Positions 47,781 to 56,971 of a stretch of DNA of 64,000 nucleotides are shown here, in pieces. Each line of letters starts with the position of its first letter. Positions within the stretch are counted from its first letter, which is position 1. Made by a program: the position numbers and the translations under genes. The DNA is from Candidatus Hadarchaeota archaeon. GTDB taxonomy: Archaea > Hadarchaeota > Hadarchaeia > Hadarchaeales > JAGGTB01. Location: the NCBI GenBank assembly GCA_964384105.1, contig CAYLJV010000001.1:32001-96000 (forward strand), given 5' to 3'. The notes under the pieces were generated by a model. That model was not told where the DNA came from. It made no database searches and saw only the letters and a program-made list of their open reading frames with translations.

Positions 47781-48752
47781 TTAGAAATCAATCTTCCATT
47801 TTCCATCTTTAATTATAGTTTCTCTATCTAGTTTGAGTGTTGGATTTGATATTATACAATCTATGTGAATATTGCTTTTTTGCTTTCCACCCATGTGGGA
47901 GTTATCTCCAAATGCTATATGAACGGTTCCCATTATCTTTTCATCTATTAACATACTTCCCATAGGTTCTGCTTGTGGGTTTGTTCCTATTCCCAACTCA
48001 GCTATTTTATTCGAGTTCGTATCACCGGCTTCTTTGAGCATTTTCTTGAGCGTATTTGCTTCAGTACCTCCGATTATTTCAGTGGCTGAACCGCTCTCGA
48101 TTTTACATTCGACTGTCTTTGAGAGTTTTCCGATTGTTGTGATAACTGTATCTATTATGATTTTTCCTTTTCCAGTGTTTTCAACAGGTGCTATGTATGC
48201 TTCTCCAGCTGGTAAATTTCCGAAATCACCTTTATTTCTTAGTATTCCTGAATCAGAAATTCCAGTTCTACCTTTAAGGTTTAATACTAATTCGGTACCT
48301 ATTTCCGTTTTTATTTTTGCTTCCTTACTTTCGGTAAGTTTTTTTGCTAGTGCGTCTGACCGCGATTTTATTTTTTTATAGTCCGCTTTCATAGGTCCCT
48401 TTATCATTTCCTTGGTTATTCCCGGCATAGAAGCAACTCTTGCTCCTTCTCTACACGCTTCTTCTCTGGCTTGGGTGTGGGATAAGGATTTGGTAGTGGG
48501 TATTAGTATCACGTCGGCGTTTTTCATAGCGGCAGCTACTGTTTTCGGCGGTTCGTTTCCATCAAGTTTTCTCGGTTTTATTATACTGAGAATTGTCTCA
48601 GCTCCTAGGCTGGAGGAGACCTCTGCAAATGAGTTTGCTATTGAGACTCTTTCGGAATCTCCTATAATTAGCACTTCTTCTGTGGGCTTAACGCCAAGAC
48701 AGGTCTCAAGAGCGATTCTTATTCCTTCAAGATGGTCAAATTCTCCAATCAA
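47781..48752 (-). CDS. M29-like (aminopeptidase T/thermophilic metalloprotease) family protein
   Basis: NLPAGEAYIAP, IAELGIGTNP, DEKIMGTVHIAFGDN, HID. Confidence 0.85.
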   Translation of the reverse strand: MIGEFDHLEGIRIALETCLGVKPTEEVLIIGDSERVSIANSFAEVSSSLGAETILSIIKPRKLDGNEPPKTVAAAMKNADVILIPTTKSLSHTQAREEACREGARVASMPGITKEMIKGPMKADYKKIKSRSDALAKKLTESKEAKIKTEIGTELVLNLKGRTGISDSGILRNKGDFGNLPAGEAYIAPVENTGKGKIIIDTVITTIGKLSKTVECKIESGSATEIIGGTEANTLKKMLKEAGDTNSNKIAELGIGTNPQAEPMGSMLIDEKIMGTVHIAFGDNSHMGGKQKSNIHIDCIISNPTLKLDRETIIKDGKWKIDF

Positions 48753-48871
48753 TTTCCTTCCTCTGTTTTTTTCTCATATTTTCTTAATAAAATTCTTTGT
48801 CTAGCTGAGATGAGGGTCAGTCGGTTAACAAAATATTTATTAGAAAAGGAGGAAGTTATCTTAGAGTTCCA

Positions 48872-50770
48872 ATGAGTTTTGGCTGTATTAATGGGAAGTA
48901 TGTTGACATTGATCTTAGTAACGGTAGTGTCAGCGAGAGAAATATTGATAAATCCCTTATAGAAGATTATTTGGGCAGCAGAGGAATAAACGCAAAGATA
49001 CTTTGGGAAGAGACGGATGAGGATACGGATCCCCTCGGCCCAGATAATGTCTTGATAATTTCTCCTGGGATATTGGCTGGTACGGGGGCTCCAGTTGGAA
49101 GATTAACTGTAACTGCGCTGAGTCCTGCTACTGGGATATACTTGAAGAGTAGCGTAGGTGGAACTTGCGGTGGACCGATCAAAAGAAACGGTTGTGATGG
49201 TATTGTGTTCAAAGGTAAGGCCGCCGATCCGAAGTATTTGTTGATAGATGACGGCAAGGTTGAAATTAAATCTGCCGAACATCTTTGGGGAAAAGATGTG
49301 AGAGAGACTGTAGAGACCTTGAAGGATGAATTGGGTGATGATACAGAAGTTGCTTGTATAGGTCCGGCTGGAGAGAATGAGGTTAAGATTGCTTCTATCA
49401 TGTTTAATACGTATCACGCTGCAGCTAGGGGTGGAATTGGAGCGGTTATGGGTTCAAAGAATTTGAAAGCAATTTGCGTAAGGGGGGGAGACGAGAAGAT
49501 AGAGATCCCCGACCCCGAGAAATTCAATGAAGTAAGGAAAGAGATGGTACGGGGCATTTTGGAGGATTCATCTTATGAGAGTCTGTCAGAGTTCGGAACT
49601 CCTGGTTTGGTTCCGGCGGTGAATGAGATAGGGGCTATTACGGCTTATAATTTTAGAGAAGGTAGCTTTGAAGGTGCCTACGAGTTAGGAGGACAATACA
49701 TAAAGGAGAATTACTCCTCCAAGATGTATGCTTGTGAGAGATGTCCGATTGGATGTCATCTCTTTACCGAGTTTAAAGATGGTCTTTCTGGAGGGCCGGA
49801 GTATGAGACTCTGCTTTCCCTGGGTATTGGTACAGGAGTTGGGGATACAGAAACTGTTTTGAAAGCTAATGAGCTTTGTAACATTTACGGTCTAGATACG
49901 ATATCAACTGGTGGGGTTATCCAATGGGCTATGGAGAGTTACGAAAATGGAGTACTTTCAGATGAGGAGACGGACGGTCTCGAACTTAACTTCGGTAATG
50001 GAGGAGTGGTTATCGAATTAATTAATAAAATAGCTAATAGGGAGGGCATTGGGGATTTGCTTGCCGAAGGTACGAAAAGAGCTTCTGAGAGAGTTGGGAA
50101 AGGCTCGGAGAAGTGGGCAGTTCAGTCCAAGGGATTGGAACAGTCTAGAGTTGATACGAGAGCTGCAAAGAGTTATGCTTTGGCGTTTGCTGTTAATCCG
50201 AGGGGGCCAGATCATCTTCATACTGAGTGTCTCGCAGAATTTGGAACTACACAGGAGATGGTTGACCTTATCGAAAAAATTACAGGCGACAAAAAATACG
50301 CAAATCCGTATACTATAGAGAAAAGGCCTGAGATAGTCAGGTGGCACGAGGACTGTTATGGTGCAACTGATGCTTTAGGTTTCTGTGCATTCTATACTAC
50401 TTTCCTATACGGAGTTACTCCGGATAATATGGCGAGGATGTTTGAATATGCCACAGGAATCGAGATGGATGAGGATAAGATTATGGAGGCTGGCAGGCGA
50501 ATTGTTACGCTTGAAAATTGCTACAACATCAGATTGGGGATTGATAGAAAGGATCATAGACTCCCATGGAGATTAATGAACGAGGAAACTGAAAAAGAGG
50601 AAGCATCGGCTAATACAGAAGAAGAATTAAAGGAAATGTTGGATGGGTATTTCAAACTTCACGAGTGGGATGTTGAAACAGGAAAACCTACTGCTGAAGT
50701 CCTAGAGAAACTTGATATGAAAGAAGTTGGTGAAGAACTTCTGGAAAAAGGTTTGATTTCTGAGAAATAA
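48872..50770 (+). CDS. aor: Tungsten-dependent aldehyde:ferredoxin oxidoreductase family enzyme
   Basis: SPATG, CIGPAGEN, AARGGIGAVMGSKNLKA, CERCPIGC, GPEYET, GLDTIS, RGPDHL, DALGFC. Confidence 0.92.
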   Translation: MSFGCINGKYVDIDLSNGSVSERNIDKSLIEDYLGSRGINAKILWEETDEDTDPLGPDNVLIISPGILAGTGAPVGRLTVTALSPATGIYLKSSVGGTCGGPIKRNGCDGIVFKGKAADPKYLLIDDGKVEIKSAEHLWGKDVRETVETLKDELGDDTEVACIGPAGENEVKIASIMFNTYHAAARGGIGAVMGSKNLKAICVRGGDEKIEIPDPEKFNEVRKEMVRGILEDSSYESLSEFGTPGLVPAVNEIGAITAYNFREGSFEGAYELGGQYIKENYSSKMYACERCPIGCHLFTEFKDGLSGGPEYETLLSLGIGTGVGDTETVLKANELCNIYGLDTISTGGVIQWAMESYENGVLSDEETDGLELNFGNGGVVIELINKIANREGIGDLLAEGTKRASERVGKGSEKWAVQSKGLEQSRVDTRAAKSYALAFAVNPRGPDHLHTECLAEFGTTQEMVDLIEKITGDKKYANPYTIEKRPEIVRWHEDCYGATDALGFCAFYTTFLYGVTPDNMARMFEYATGIEMDEDKIMEAGRRIVTLENCYNIRLGIDRKDHRLPWRLMNEETEKEEASANTEEELKEMLDGYFKLHEWDVETGKPTAEVLEKLDMKEVGEELLEKGLISEK

Positions 50771-50782
50771 AGATTTGAAGAA

Positions 50783-51073
50783 ATGACGGTAGAAGTAAAT
50801 ATAAGATTTTATGGTACTATAAGGGCTCCTTCTCCACCAAAGGATTTTACTATTATTGTAGAAGAAGACTCTACTATAGAAGATGTTTTTAGAAGAGTGA
50901 AGAGGGATATTGGACTTAAAGTTTCGAAAGACGAGTTGAACATTATTCATAATGGTAGCTTGGTTCAGGATTTTAATTTAGATAAGATAGTAGGGGACGG
51001 AGACAGGATAGTTTTAATGCCTTTAGTGGGTGGTGGATTAGGTTCTTTTTTTACTATTAGGCTATTTGAATAG
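50783..51073 (+). CDS. MoaD/ThiS/SAMP ubiquitin-like protein; GG motif followed by an 11-aa extension
   Basis: Beta-grasp pattern V.IRFYG..R...NG...DGD.I.LMPLVGGG; directly after aor. Confidence 0.82.
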   Translation: MTVEVNIRFYGTIRAPSPPKDFTIIVEEDSTIEDVFRRVKRDIGLKVSKDELNIIHNGSLVQDFNLDKIVGDGDRIVLMPLVGGGLGSFFTIRLFE

Positions 51074-51967
51074 GCATAGTTTTTCGTCGTGTTTTCTTCC
51101 TTCAAAGAAGCTCCCGCTGGGCAATACTTCTTTTTTCTTTTCTTTTAAGAACTGAGTGAGGAGAGAGTCGACTTCTTCTATAGATCTGGTGGTTTTTAAC
51201 CATTCTAGGGGAATTTGTATCTTGGTTGGTCTGCTAGGAAATTTATGTCTTGTAGTTTTTGGGGGGAGTACATATTCCGATGAAGCAATTTCGATAACTT
51301 CTTTTTTTACTGGTACAGGTAAGAGTAAGGCTGTTCCGTTTGTTTCAGATTTTTTAATAATATTTTCTCTTTTTTCATAGATTATTTTCACTCCTTTCTT
51401 TTTCAGTTCTTCTTCAGTTTCCCCAATAAGGAAATAGATCTCAATTTTATTTTTATCTTCTTTTTTAAGAACGTAGCATTTATCTTCTGCCAAGGCTATT
51501 ACGTCTTTTCCACCTTTTTCTGCCATTTGTTTTTCTAATTGACAACTTTCGATACTAAAGTTTCTTTTTTTGAATAATTCTAGAAGGTCTCCTATATCCA
51601 GATTCTTGAAAAGACGGTCCCAAGTAAGTACTTTTATTCTTGGATCTTGGTAGTTTACGAAGCAAACAGGTGCGAATTTACAACCTAGTTCATTTAATGC
51701 GGTTGCTCTATGCATTCCATCTAGGACTGTTAGAGTCTTCTTGTCTACTATGATAGGGTCTTTTAGTTCTCCATTGTTTCTTATTGATTTTTTCAATCTT
51801 CCTAGAGATGAGGATATCGTTTCTTCGTGCAATAGAAGGCTTTCTACTGGAGCGATCCCTATTTCCATTTCGAAGTTCTCGATTGAGAAAGAATAAGACA
51901 ATTTTTCACCTGGCTGCTGTTGAGTTTGCGGATCGGACTTCTGAATCACGATTTCTTTTTTTAACAA
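51062..51967 (-). CDS. serK: Free L-serine kinase SerK-like (ParB/Srx-fold kinase)
   Basis: LHEE, PIIV...LDGMHR, P...VNY, KVLTW, PPKTTRH.FP..P.KI.IPLE.L match the Thermococcus SerK motif order. Confidence 0.72.
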   Translation of the reverse strand: MLKKEIVIQKSDPQTQQQPGEKLSYSFSIENFEMEIGIAPVESLLLHEETISSSLGRLKKSIRNNGELKDPIIVDKKTLTVLDGMHRATALNELGCKFAPVCFVNYQDPRIKVLTWDRLFKNLDIGDLLELFKKRNFSIESCQLEKQMAEKGGKDVIALAEDKCYVLKKEDKNKIEIYFLIGETEEELKKKGVKIIYEKRENIIKKSETNGTALLLPVPVKKEVIEIASSEYVLPPKTTRHKFPSRPTKIQIPLEWLKTTRSIEEVDSLLTQFLKEKKKEVLPSGSFFEGRKHDEKLCLFK

Positions 51968-51973
51968 GCTTTT

Positions 51974-53170
51974 TCATACCCATCCCCTTCCCTCCATTGT
52001 TTCTCTGAGCCTTTGTGCGGAAACCACCATAGCCGCTTCTCGATAGGTTAAGTCTTCTTCTTCGTAGATCTTTAGAGTTTCTGAGAAAGCCTCACATATA
52101 CTGGATTTTATCGTTTGATATGTTTCTTCTCTCTTTGTTTTGCTCCCTGATTTTCCTCCTCTCCATTCAACATAGCTTGCTATTACCCCTCCTGCGTTTG
52201 CCAGAATATCGGGTATTACAGGAATGTTTCTCTCTGAGAGGATTTTCTCTCCTTCTTTGGTTGTGGGGGCATTTGCTCCTTCTACGATTATCTTTGCTTC
52301 TATTTTGTCGGCGACTTCACTGGTTATTACTCCGCCTATTGCTGCAGGTATTAGTATGTCTGTATCCAATTCTAGCAGTTCTTGGTTTGAGACTTTGTTG
52401 TTACTGTATCCCGCTATAGAACCTTCAGTTTGTTTGTATTCCTCCAGTTCGTCTATGTCCAGACCATCTTGATTTATGACTCCACCGCTGGAGTCTGAGA
52501 CGGCTATAACTTTCAGATTACTTTCTTCCAGAAATTTACTCGCCCAATATCCAACATTTCCGAAACCTTGAATTGCTACCGTGAGTTCTGATTTACTTTT
52601 ATCGATTATGTTCTCCGCTGCGTACAGAGTAGCTTCGACAACTCCGTATCCAGTCGCTTCTTCTCTTCCAGGAAGTCCCCCTATTCCTACTGGTTTTCCC
52701 GTGACTGATGCCTGAATGTGAGTTTCGTCAAATATTTCGGCCATTTCTCTTGGGCCAGTTCCTATATCGGGAGCAGGAACGTAAGCGCCTGAGTAGAGTT
52801 CTTCCCTTATTTCGTGTGTAAATCCACTTATTACTTTGGATTTAGCTTCCGGAGGGAGCTTTCTACTTGCTGCTATGCCGGATTTGCCTCCTCCGAAGGG
52901 TAGGCCCATGAGAGAATTCTTGTATGTCATTATTTCGGCTAATTGGGCGGTTTCTTCAATTGTAACGTCTTCGGAAAGTCTTATTCCACCTTTGCAAGGG
53001 GGCCCCCTTGCTGTGCTGTGATATACTAGAAAACAGTCTATGGGTTTATCATCCGGTGTGTGTTTTCTCAATTTGAATTGAATTATTCTATCGGGTTCTT
53101 TGAGGATTTCTAGAGCTTTTTCAGAAAGATTTACAATGTCTGTGATTTTTTTATTCAATATCATTCCCAA
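51974..53170 (-). CDS. gdhA: Glu/Leu/Phe/Val dehydrogenase, most likely glutamate dehydrogenase
   Basis: KGGIR, MTYK, GGGKSG, VPAPD, GREEATGYG, QGFGNVG, EGAN, PDILANAGGV..S. Confidence 0.85.
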   Translation of the reverse strand: MGMILNKKITDIVNLSEKALEILKEPDRIIQFKLRKHTPDDKPIDCFLVYHSTARGPPCKGGIRLSEDVTIEETAQLAEIMTYKNSLMGLPFGGGKSGIAASRKLPPEAKSKVISGFTHEIREELYSGAYVPAPDIGTGPREMAEIFDETHIQASVTGKPVGIGGLPGREEATGYGVVEATLYAAENIIDKSKSELTVAIQGFGNVGYWASKFLEESNLKVIAVSDSSGGVINQDGLDIDELEEYKQTEGSIAGYSNNKVSNQELLELDTDILIPAAIGGVITSEVADKIEAKIIVEGANAPTTKEGEKILSERNIPVIPDILANAGGVIASYVEWRGGKSGSKTKREETYQTIKSSICEAFSETLKIYEEEDLTYREAAMVVSAQRLRETMEGRGWV

Positions 53171-53281
53171 AACAGGTCCCGGATTAGTCCATTATTGGTA
53201 TCTTTCTTTCTAAAATACTACTTTTAGGGTTTTCGGTCTATCCTCTTATTTCTCGAATTAAATTTCGCTATTAAAGCAGGT

Positions 53282-54694
53282 TTACTGTTTACGTTCTTTA
53301 GGGTCTTCTTCCATCAGTAGTTGTTCAAATTTTCGAAGAAGTTTAGAAACCTGCTCTCTATCAACTTGGGCTCCACAGGCGACAGCATGTCCTCCTCCAT
53401 CGCCCCCAACGCTTTTCGCTGCTAGTTTCATGGCTTGACCTAAGTCCAGTCCTTTGAGAAATAGTAACTTGGAGCATCTAGCGGATATTTTAGCTACATC
53501 ATCGTGCTTTACTATGCCTACCATTGGCTTGTAGGGGTCGGCTTTTTCCTGTCCGAGTAACAGATTTGCTATAGTTCCAACAAAAGTTTCTTTCAGAACG
53601 TCAGAAGCATCGAAGTATTGAATGTATCCGTTGGGTCCTGTCTCTATTCCTTTTTCTTTAATGTGACTCATACCTTTGGCTATACAGCGACGATGATATC
53701 TGAGCAGTTTTAGCATTTGTCTGTAGTAGACATCTCGATCTCCTTTGGCTACTTCTAAGCCTATTAATGGCTGTTCGTGTCTTGCTGTGGAGTTTATGCA
53801 GGTTGAGAACTCGTCTGCATCTCTGAGAAGCGATCTTTCTTCTTCGGTTAAAATGGTATAAACTTCCCCCACTATTAGACCGGGTATGTATTCGACTAGT
53901 TCTTCAGGTGCACTTGATATTGAACGTGTTATTAGCTCTGTGGCTAATTTTTTCTTTTCTTCTTTGGTTAGGTCTACGGGCCTTCTATATCCGTCGTCGG
54001 TTTTGTAGGGAATACCTAAATCCTTCAACATACTGACGCAGCCTTCAGTATTGTTGCTTATTCCAGGAATGGGGGGATCAGTTAAGTTTTTCAGAGTTTG
54101 AAATATTGGCTTTGTATGGCGTCCATAGAGTAAGAGATCTTTTTTCTTTTTCACCACACCAGCTTCTATTCCGTCTTGGGCTATTTTTCGGTTGAAACCT
54201 TTTAGTTTTCCCCAGCCGTTCTGGATATCTCCTATTGCACCGATTAAGGCTAGGGCAGAGAGAACTTTGTTTTCGGGGTCCAATTCTTTAGCTATTAGGT
54301 AAGCCATCCCCGCGCCGCTTATCTCTTCTACTCCATCAAGGTTCTCTAGATGGGCGTTAAAATGGATAAGGTTGGACCACTCCTCTTCTTTTTCTGGCGA
54401 GTGATGATCTGCTATTATTACGTCGCTGTTTCCGAACTTTGATTTCAAATTTTTCAATTGGGAGCTTCCGAGATCCGTGAAAATCGTGAGTTCTCCGATT
54501 TCAAGCTCTTCTATTGTTTCAGGATATAACATTTGAACAAATTTTACGTGATGTCTTATCTCTTTCCGATCTAGCGCTTTTGATATGATGGCTGCGGCAG
54601 TGATTCCATCGGGGTCCATATGAGAGATAAGATTAATTGAATCATTTTCGTGGTTTAGAATCATTTCTGCAGCTCTTCTAGCATTTTTAAACAT
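53282..54694 (-). CDS. RecJ/GAN-like DHH-DHHA1 nuclease
   Basis: SHMDPDG, FTDLGS, DHH, ISGAG, GAIGD, SAR, GGGHAVACG. Confidence 0.9.
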   Translation of the reverse strand: MFKNARRAAEMILNHENDSINLISHMDPDGITAAAIISKALDRKEIRHHVKFVQMLYPETIEELEIGELTIFTDLGSSQLKNLKSKFGNSDVIIADHHSPEKEEEWSNLIHFNAHLENLDGVEEISGAGMAYLIAKELDPENKVLSALALIGAIGDIQNGWGKLKGFNRKIAQDGIEAGVVKKKKDLLLYGRHTKPIFQTLKNLTDPPIPGISNNTEGCVSMLKDLGIPYKTDDGYRRPVDLTKEEKKKLATELITRSISSAPEELVEYIPGLIVGEVYTILTEEERSLLRDADEFSTCINSTARHEQPLIGLEVAKGDRDVYYRQMLKLLRYHRRCIAKGMSHIKEKGIETGPNGYIQYFDASDVLKETFVGTIANLLLGQEKADPYKPMVGIVKHDDVAKISARCSKLLFLKGLDLGQAMKLAAKSVGGDGGGHAVACGAQVDREQVSKLLRKFEQLLMEEDPKERKQ

Positions 54695-54770
54695 AGTTGG
54701 CTCTACCGAAGATTGTTTTTAATTTAGGTTTCTAAAAAACTGCCCATCGGCGGGATGTTAAATGCTTAGA

Positions 54771-54995
54771 TCAAACTGCCTCGACTTCTTTCACTTCAGG
54801 TATTTTCTCTTTGATTGTTTTTTCTATTACTGCTGCTAAAGTCAATGTGGACATGGGACATCCTGCACAGGCACCTATTAGTTGTACCTTAACTTTGCCT
54901 TCATCTGTAACTTCTATAAGTTCTACGTCTCCTCCATCGGCTTGAAGTTGGGGTCTTATTTCCTCTATTACTTTTTCTACCTTTTCTTTATCCAT
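54771..54995 (-). CDS. NifU C-terminal/Nfu-type Fe-S carrier
   Basis: IRPQLQADGGDVEL and GACAGCPMS. Confidence 0.93.
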   Translation of the reverse strand: MDKEKVEKVIEEIRPQLQADGGDVELIEVTDEGKVKVQLIGACAGCPMSTLTLAAVIEKTIKEKIPEVKEVEAV

Positions 54996-55014
54996 AACAA
55001 TTCCTCTTTTCTTT

Positions 55015-55635
55015 TTACGTGATGTGTTTTAAAACCTCTTTTAAATCTCGGGACTTGATGATAATATCTGCATGTCTTTCTATTATACTTTGGGAGTTAA
55101 AGGCTATCTTTAGATCTGCATTTTCAAAAAGCTTAAGATTATTTGCTCCATCAGCTAGTGCTACTACTTTTTTCTTTTTCGCTTCTTCTTTCTCTAGAAT
55201 ATGCTCTAGGCCTTCGATGAAGTCACAGTTTACTCTCAGATTTTTTAAACCTACTAGTTTGTCCTGACTAAATTCGAGTTCATTTGAGATTACATAATCT
55301 AATCCTAGAACTTTCTTCACTCTATCAGAAAATATGTTAAATCCCCCAGTGACTCCGATTAGGGTATAATCCCTTTTTTTGAGAGAATTACAGAGAGTTG
55401 ATGCACCTTTCATAAGGGGCATTTGTTTTCCAACTTTTACCGCTTCTTTATGGTCTGTTCCGGATAGTATCTTGAGCCTCTTTTTTAGTGATTCTTCCCA
55501 GCGTATTTCACCACGGATACCTTTTCTGGTAATCTCTTGAACTATTTCCTTTTTACCCTGATGCTCTGCGAGATTTGGTAGATACTCGCCATCAGGGAGG
55601 ACGCCTTCAATGTCTGAGATTAGTATTCCTTCCAT
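55015..55635 (-). CDS. serB: Phosphoserine phosphatase (HAD)
   Basis: DIEGVL.D.EYLP motif I variant, IT.KGI.GEI.WEESL..R, VTGGF, DGANN; ATG at 55635 with a GGAGG SD. Confidence 0.8.
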   Translation of the reverse strand: MEGILISDIEGVLPDGEYLPNLAEHQGKKEIVQEITRKGIRGEIRWEESLKKRLKILSGTDHKEAVKVGKQMPLMKGASTLCNSLKKRDYTLIGVTGGFNIFSDRVKKVLGLDYVISNELEFSQDKLVGLKNLRVNCDFIEGLEHILEKEEAKKKKVVALADGANNLKLFENADLKIAFNSQSIIERHADIIIKSRDLKEVLKHIT

Positions 55636-55752
55636 TTTCTTCCTCCTTCTCCTCTGCAATAGGTTTTTTAATATTTTCGAGTAGAACTGGCTCTATGGAT
55701 GTTTTCGATAAAATGTAGAAGTATTGAAATTTTTAAAATCGGAAATTTATAA

Positions 55753-56961
55753 CTACGTCACGATTTTTTCTATACTTTCAGTTGATATTGCTTTTTTTAT
55801 CTCCATCATAGAAAGATCAAGTGGGTCTTGAATGTTCCAGTTTGAAGGCATGAATTTCTCGTATTCTTTCGAATGCTTGATGTCTAGATATCTTAAGTAA
55901 GGCGATGTTGGTCCCATTGCAGGGTCTCCGGGAACTCTAAAGCTGAGATCAAAAACTACAAATTCTGGCCGATTATCTTTATCTGTGGGAACGGCTCCCT
56001 GAATTCCTATGGGGCCGATTATTCCAGGAGGTACTTCATTCTTTAGAGTATCTATGAGTTTCTCTGCATTTTCGTATATCATTTCTAGCTTGGATTCGCG
56101 CAATGTCTTACCTCTGTGACATATTTCTTCGTTTGTTCTTTCGAGATTATTCTCTATCAGATCAAGTTGTAAGTCAGCTGGTAAGCTCCTGAAGCCGGTT
56201 TCATTTGTCTGTTCTCGATCACTAAAACCAACGAGGTCTATATCGTTCTCGAATCCTTGAGACCCAGATAGATTTAGAGAGTAGGAATGGAAATTGGCAT
56301 TTAGCATCGGTCCGATTACAAATTCTTCTATCGAGGCCTTTTCTAACCCGTCTCGGCTTATTTCTCCAGATTTTATTTTTTTCTCGGCTATTTTTTCGTA
56401 TTCTTCAGGACTATCAGGATAGAAATAAGCTCGTTCTAAAGGATTGTCTTTTTGATGCACTTTTACTACGGATAGTCTGTCTATTTCTTTTGGGTTCTCA
56501 AAGATTTTAGGAGTTCTTATGCCGGCTCTTTTCAGTAAGTAATATTGATTTCTAGGAGGTTTTGCTTTTCTTTCCTCGGCCCTGAATAATTTTCTTGCTC
56601 CGTAAATTGGTATTTTAAAATTTTTTTCTATTTCTTCTAGTCCAACGTATACGACGAATGACCTATTTGGGATAAAAATAACATTATTTTCTCTCATCCA
56701 TTCTTGATTCTTTTGCGATGAGATTTCGGACCAATCTTCTAAGACTTTTTTTTCATCGTATAATTTGGAATTATGTTTAACGTAAGTCTCTTCTCTTCCT
56801 TTCTTGGTGAAAATAATTGTGGGGAATCCTGATTTTTTTGCTGAGTAGCCAATCGGGAGTGCAGAGTGAGAACCAAAAATACCGATACGTATATTATCTT
56901 TGTTGTAATCAGCAGCTATCTCTTGTACTTCGGACCTTTTTATTTCGTTTTTGGATTTCAT
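55753..56961 (-). CDS. PurP-like ATP-grasp protein (DUF1246/DUF1297)
   Basis: GSHSAL, FIPNRSFVVY, ERAYF, TLRES, GIIGP, VFDLSFRVPG. Confidence 0.88.
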   Translation of the reverse strand: MKSKNEIKRSEVQEIAADYNKDNIRIGIFGSHSALPIGYSAKKSGFPTIIFTKKGREETYVKHNSKLYDEKKVLEDWSEISSQKNQEWMRENNVIFIPNRSFVVYVGLEEIEKNFKIPIYGARKLFRAEERKAKPPRNQYYLLKRAGIRTPKIFENPKEIDRLSVVKVHQKDNPLERAYFYPDSPEEYEKIAEKKIKSGEISRDGLEKASIEEFVIGPMLNANFHSYSLNLSGSQGFENDIDLVGFSDREQTNETGFRSLPADLQLDLIENNLERTNEEICHRGKTLRESKLEMIYENAEKLIDTLKNEVPPGIIGPIGIQGAVPTDKDNRPEFVVFDLSFRVPGDPAMGPTSPYLRYLDIKHSKEYEKFMPSNWNIQDPLDLSMMEIKKAISTESIEKIVT

Positions 56962-56971
56962 TGAAACGCCT

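Noticed and set aside
47737-47782. Direct repeat aaaataagcttt (two copies) upstream of BMPb
   Set aside because: Short, AT-rich and within a terminator-like tract; not distinguishable from chance
51062-51967. ParB chromosome-partition protein
   Set aside because: No HTH, no parA nearby; the C-terminal PKTTRH motif points to SerK-type kinases
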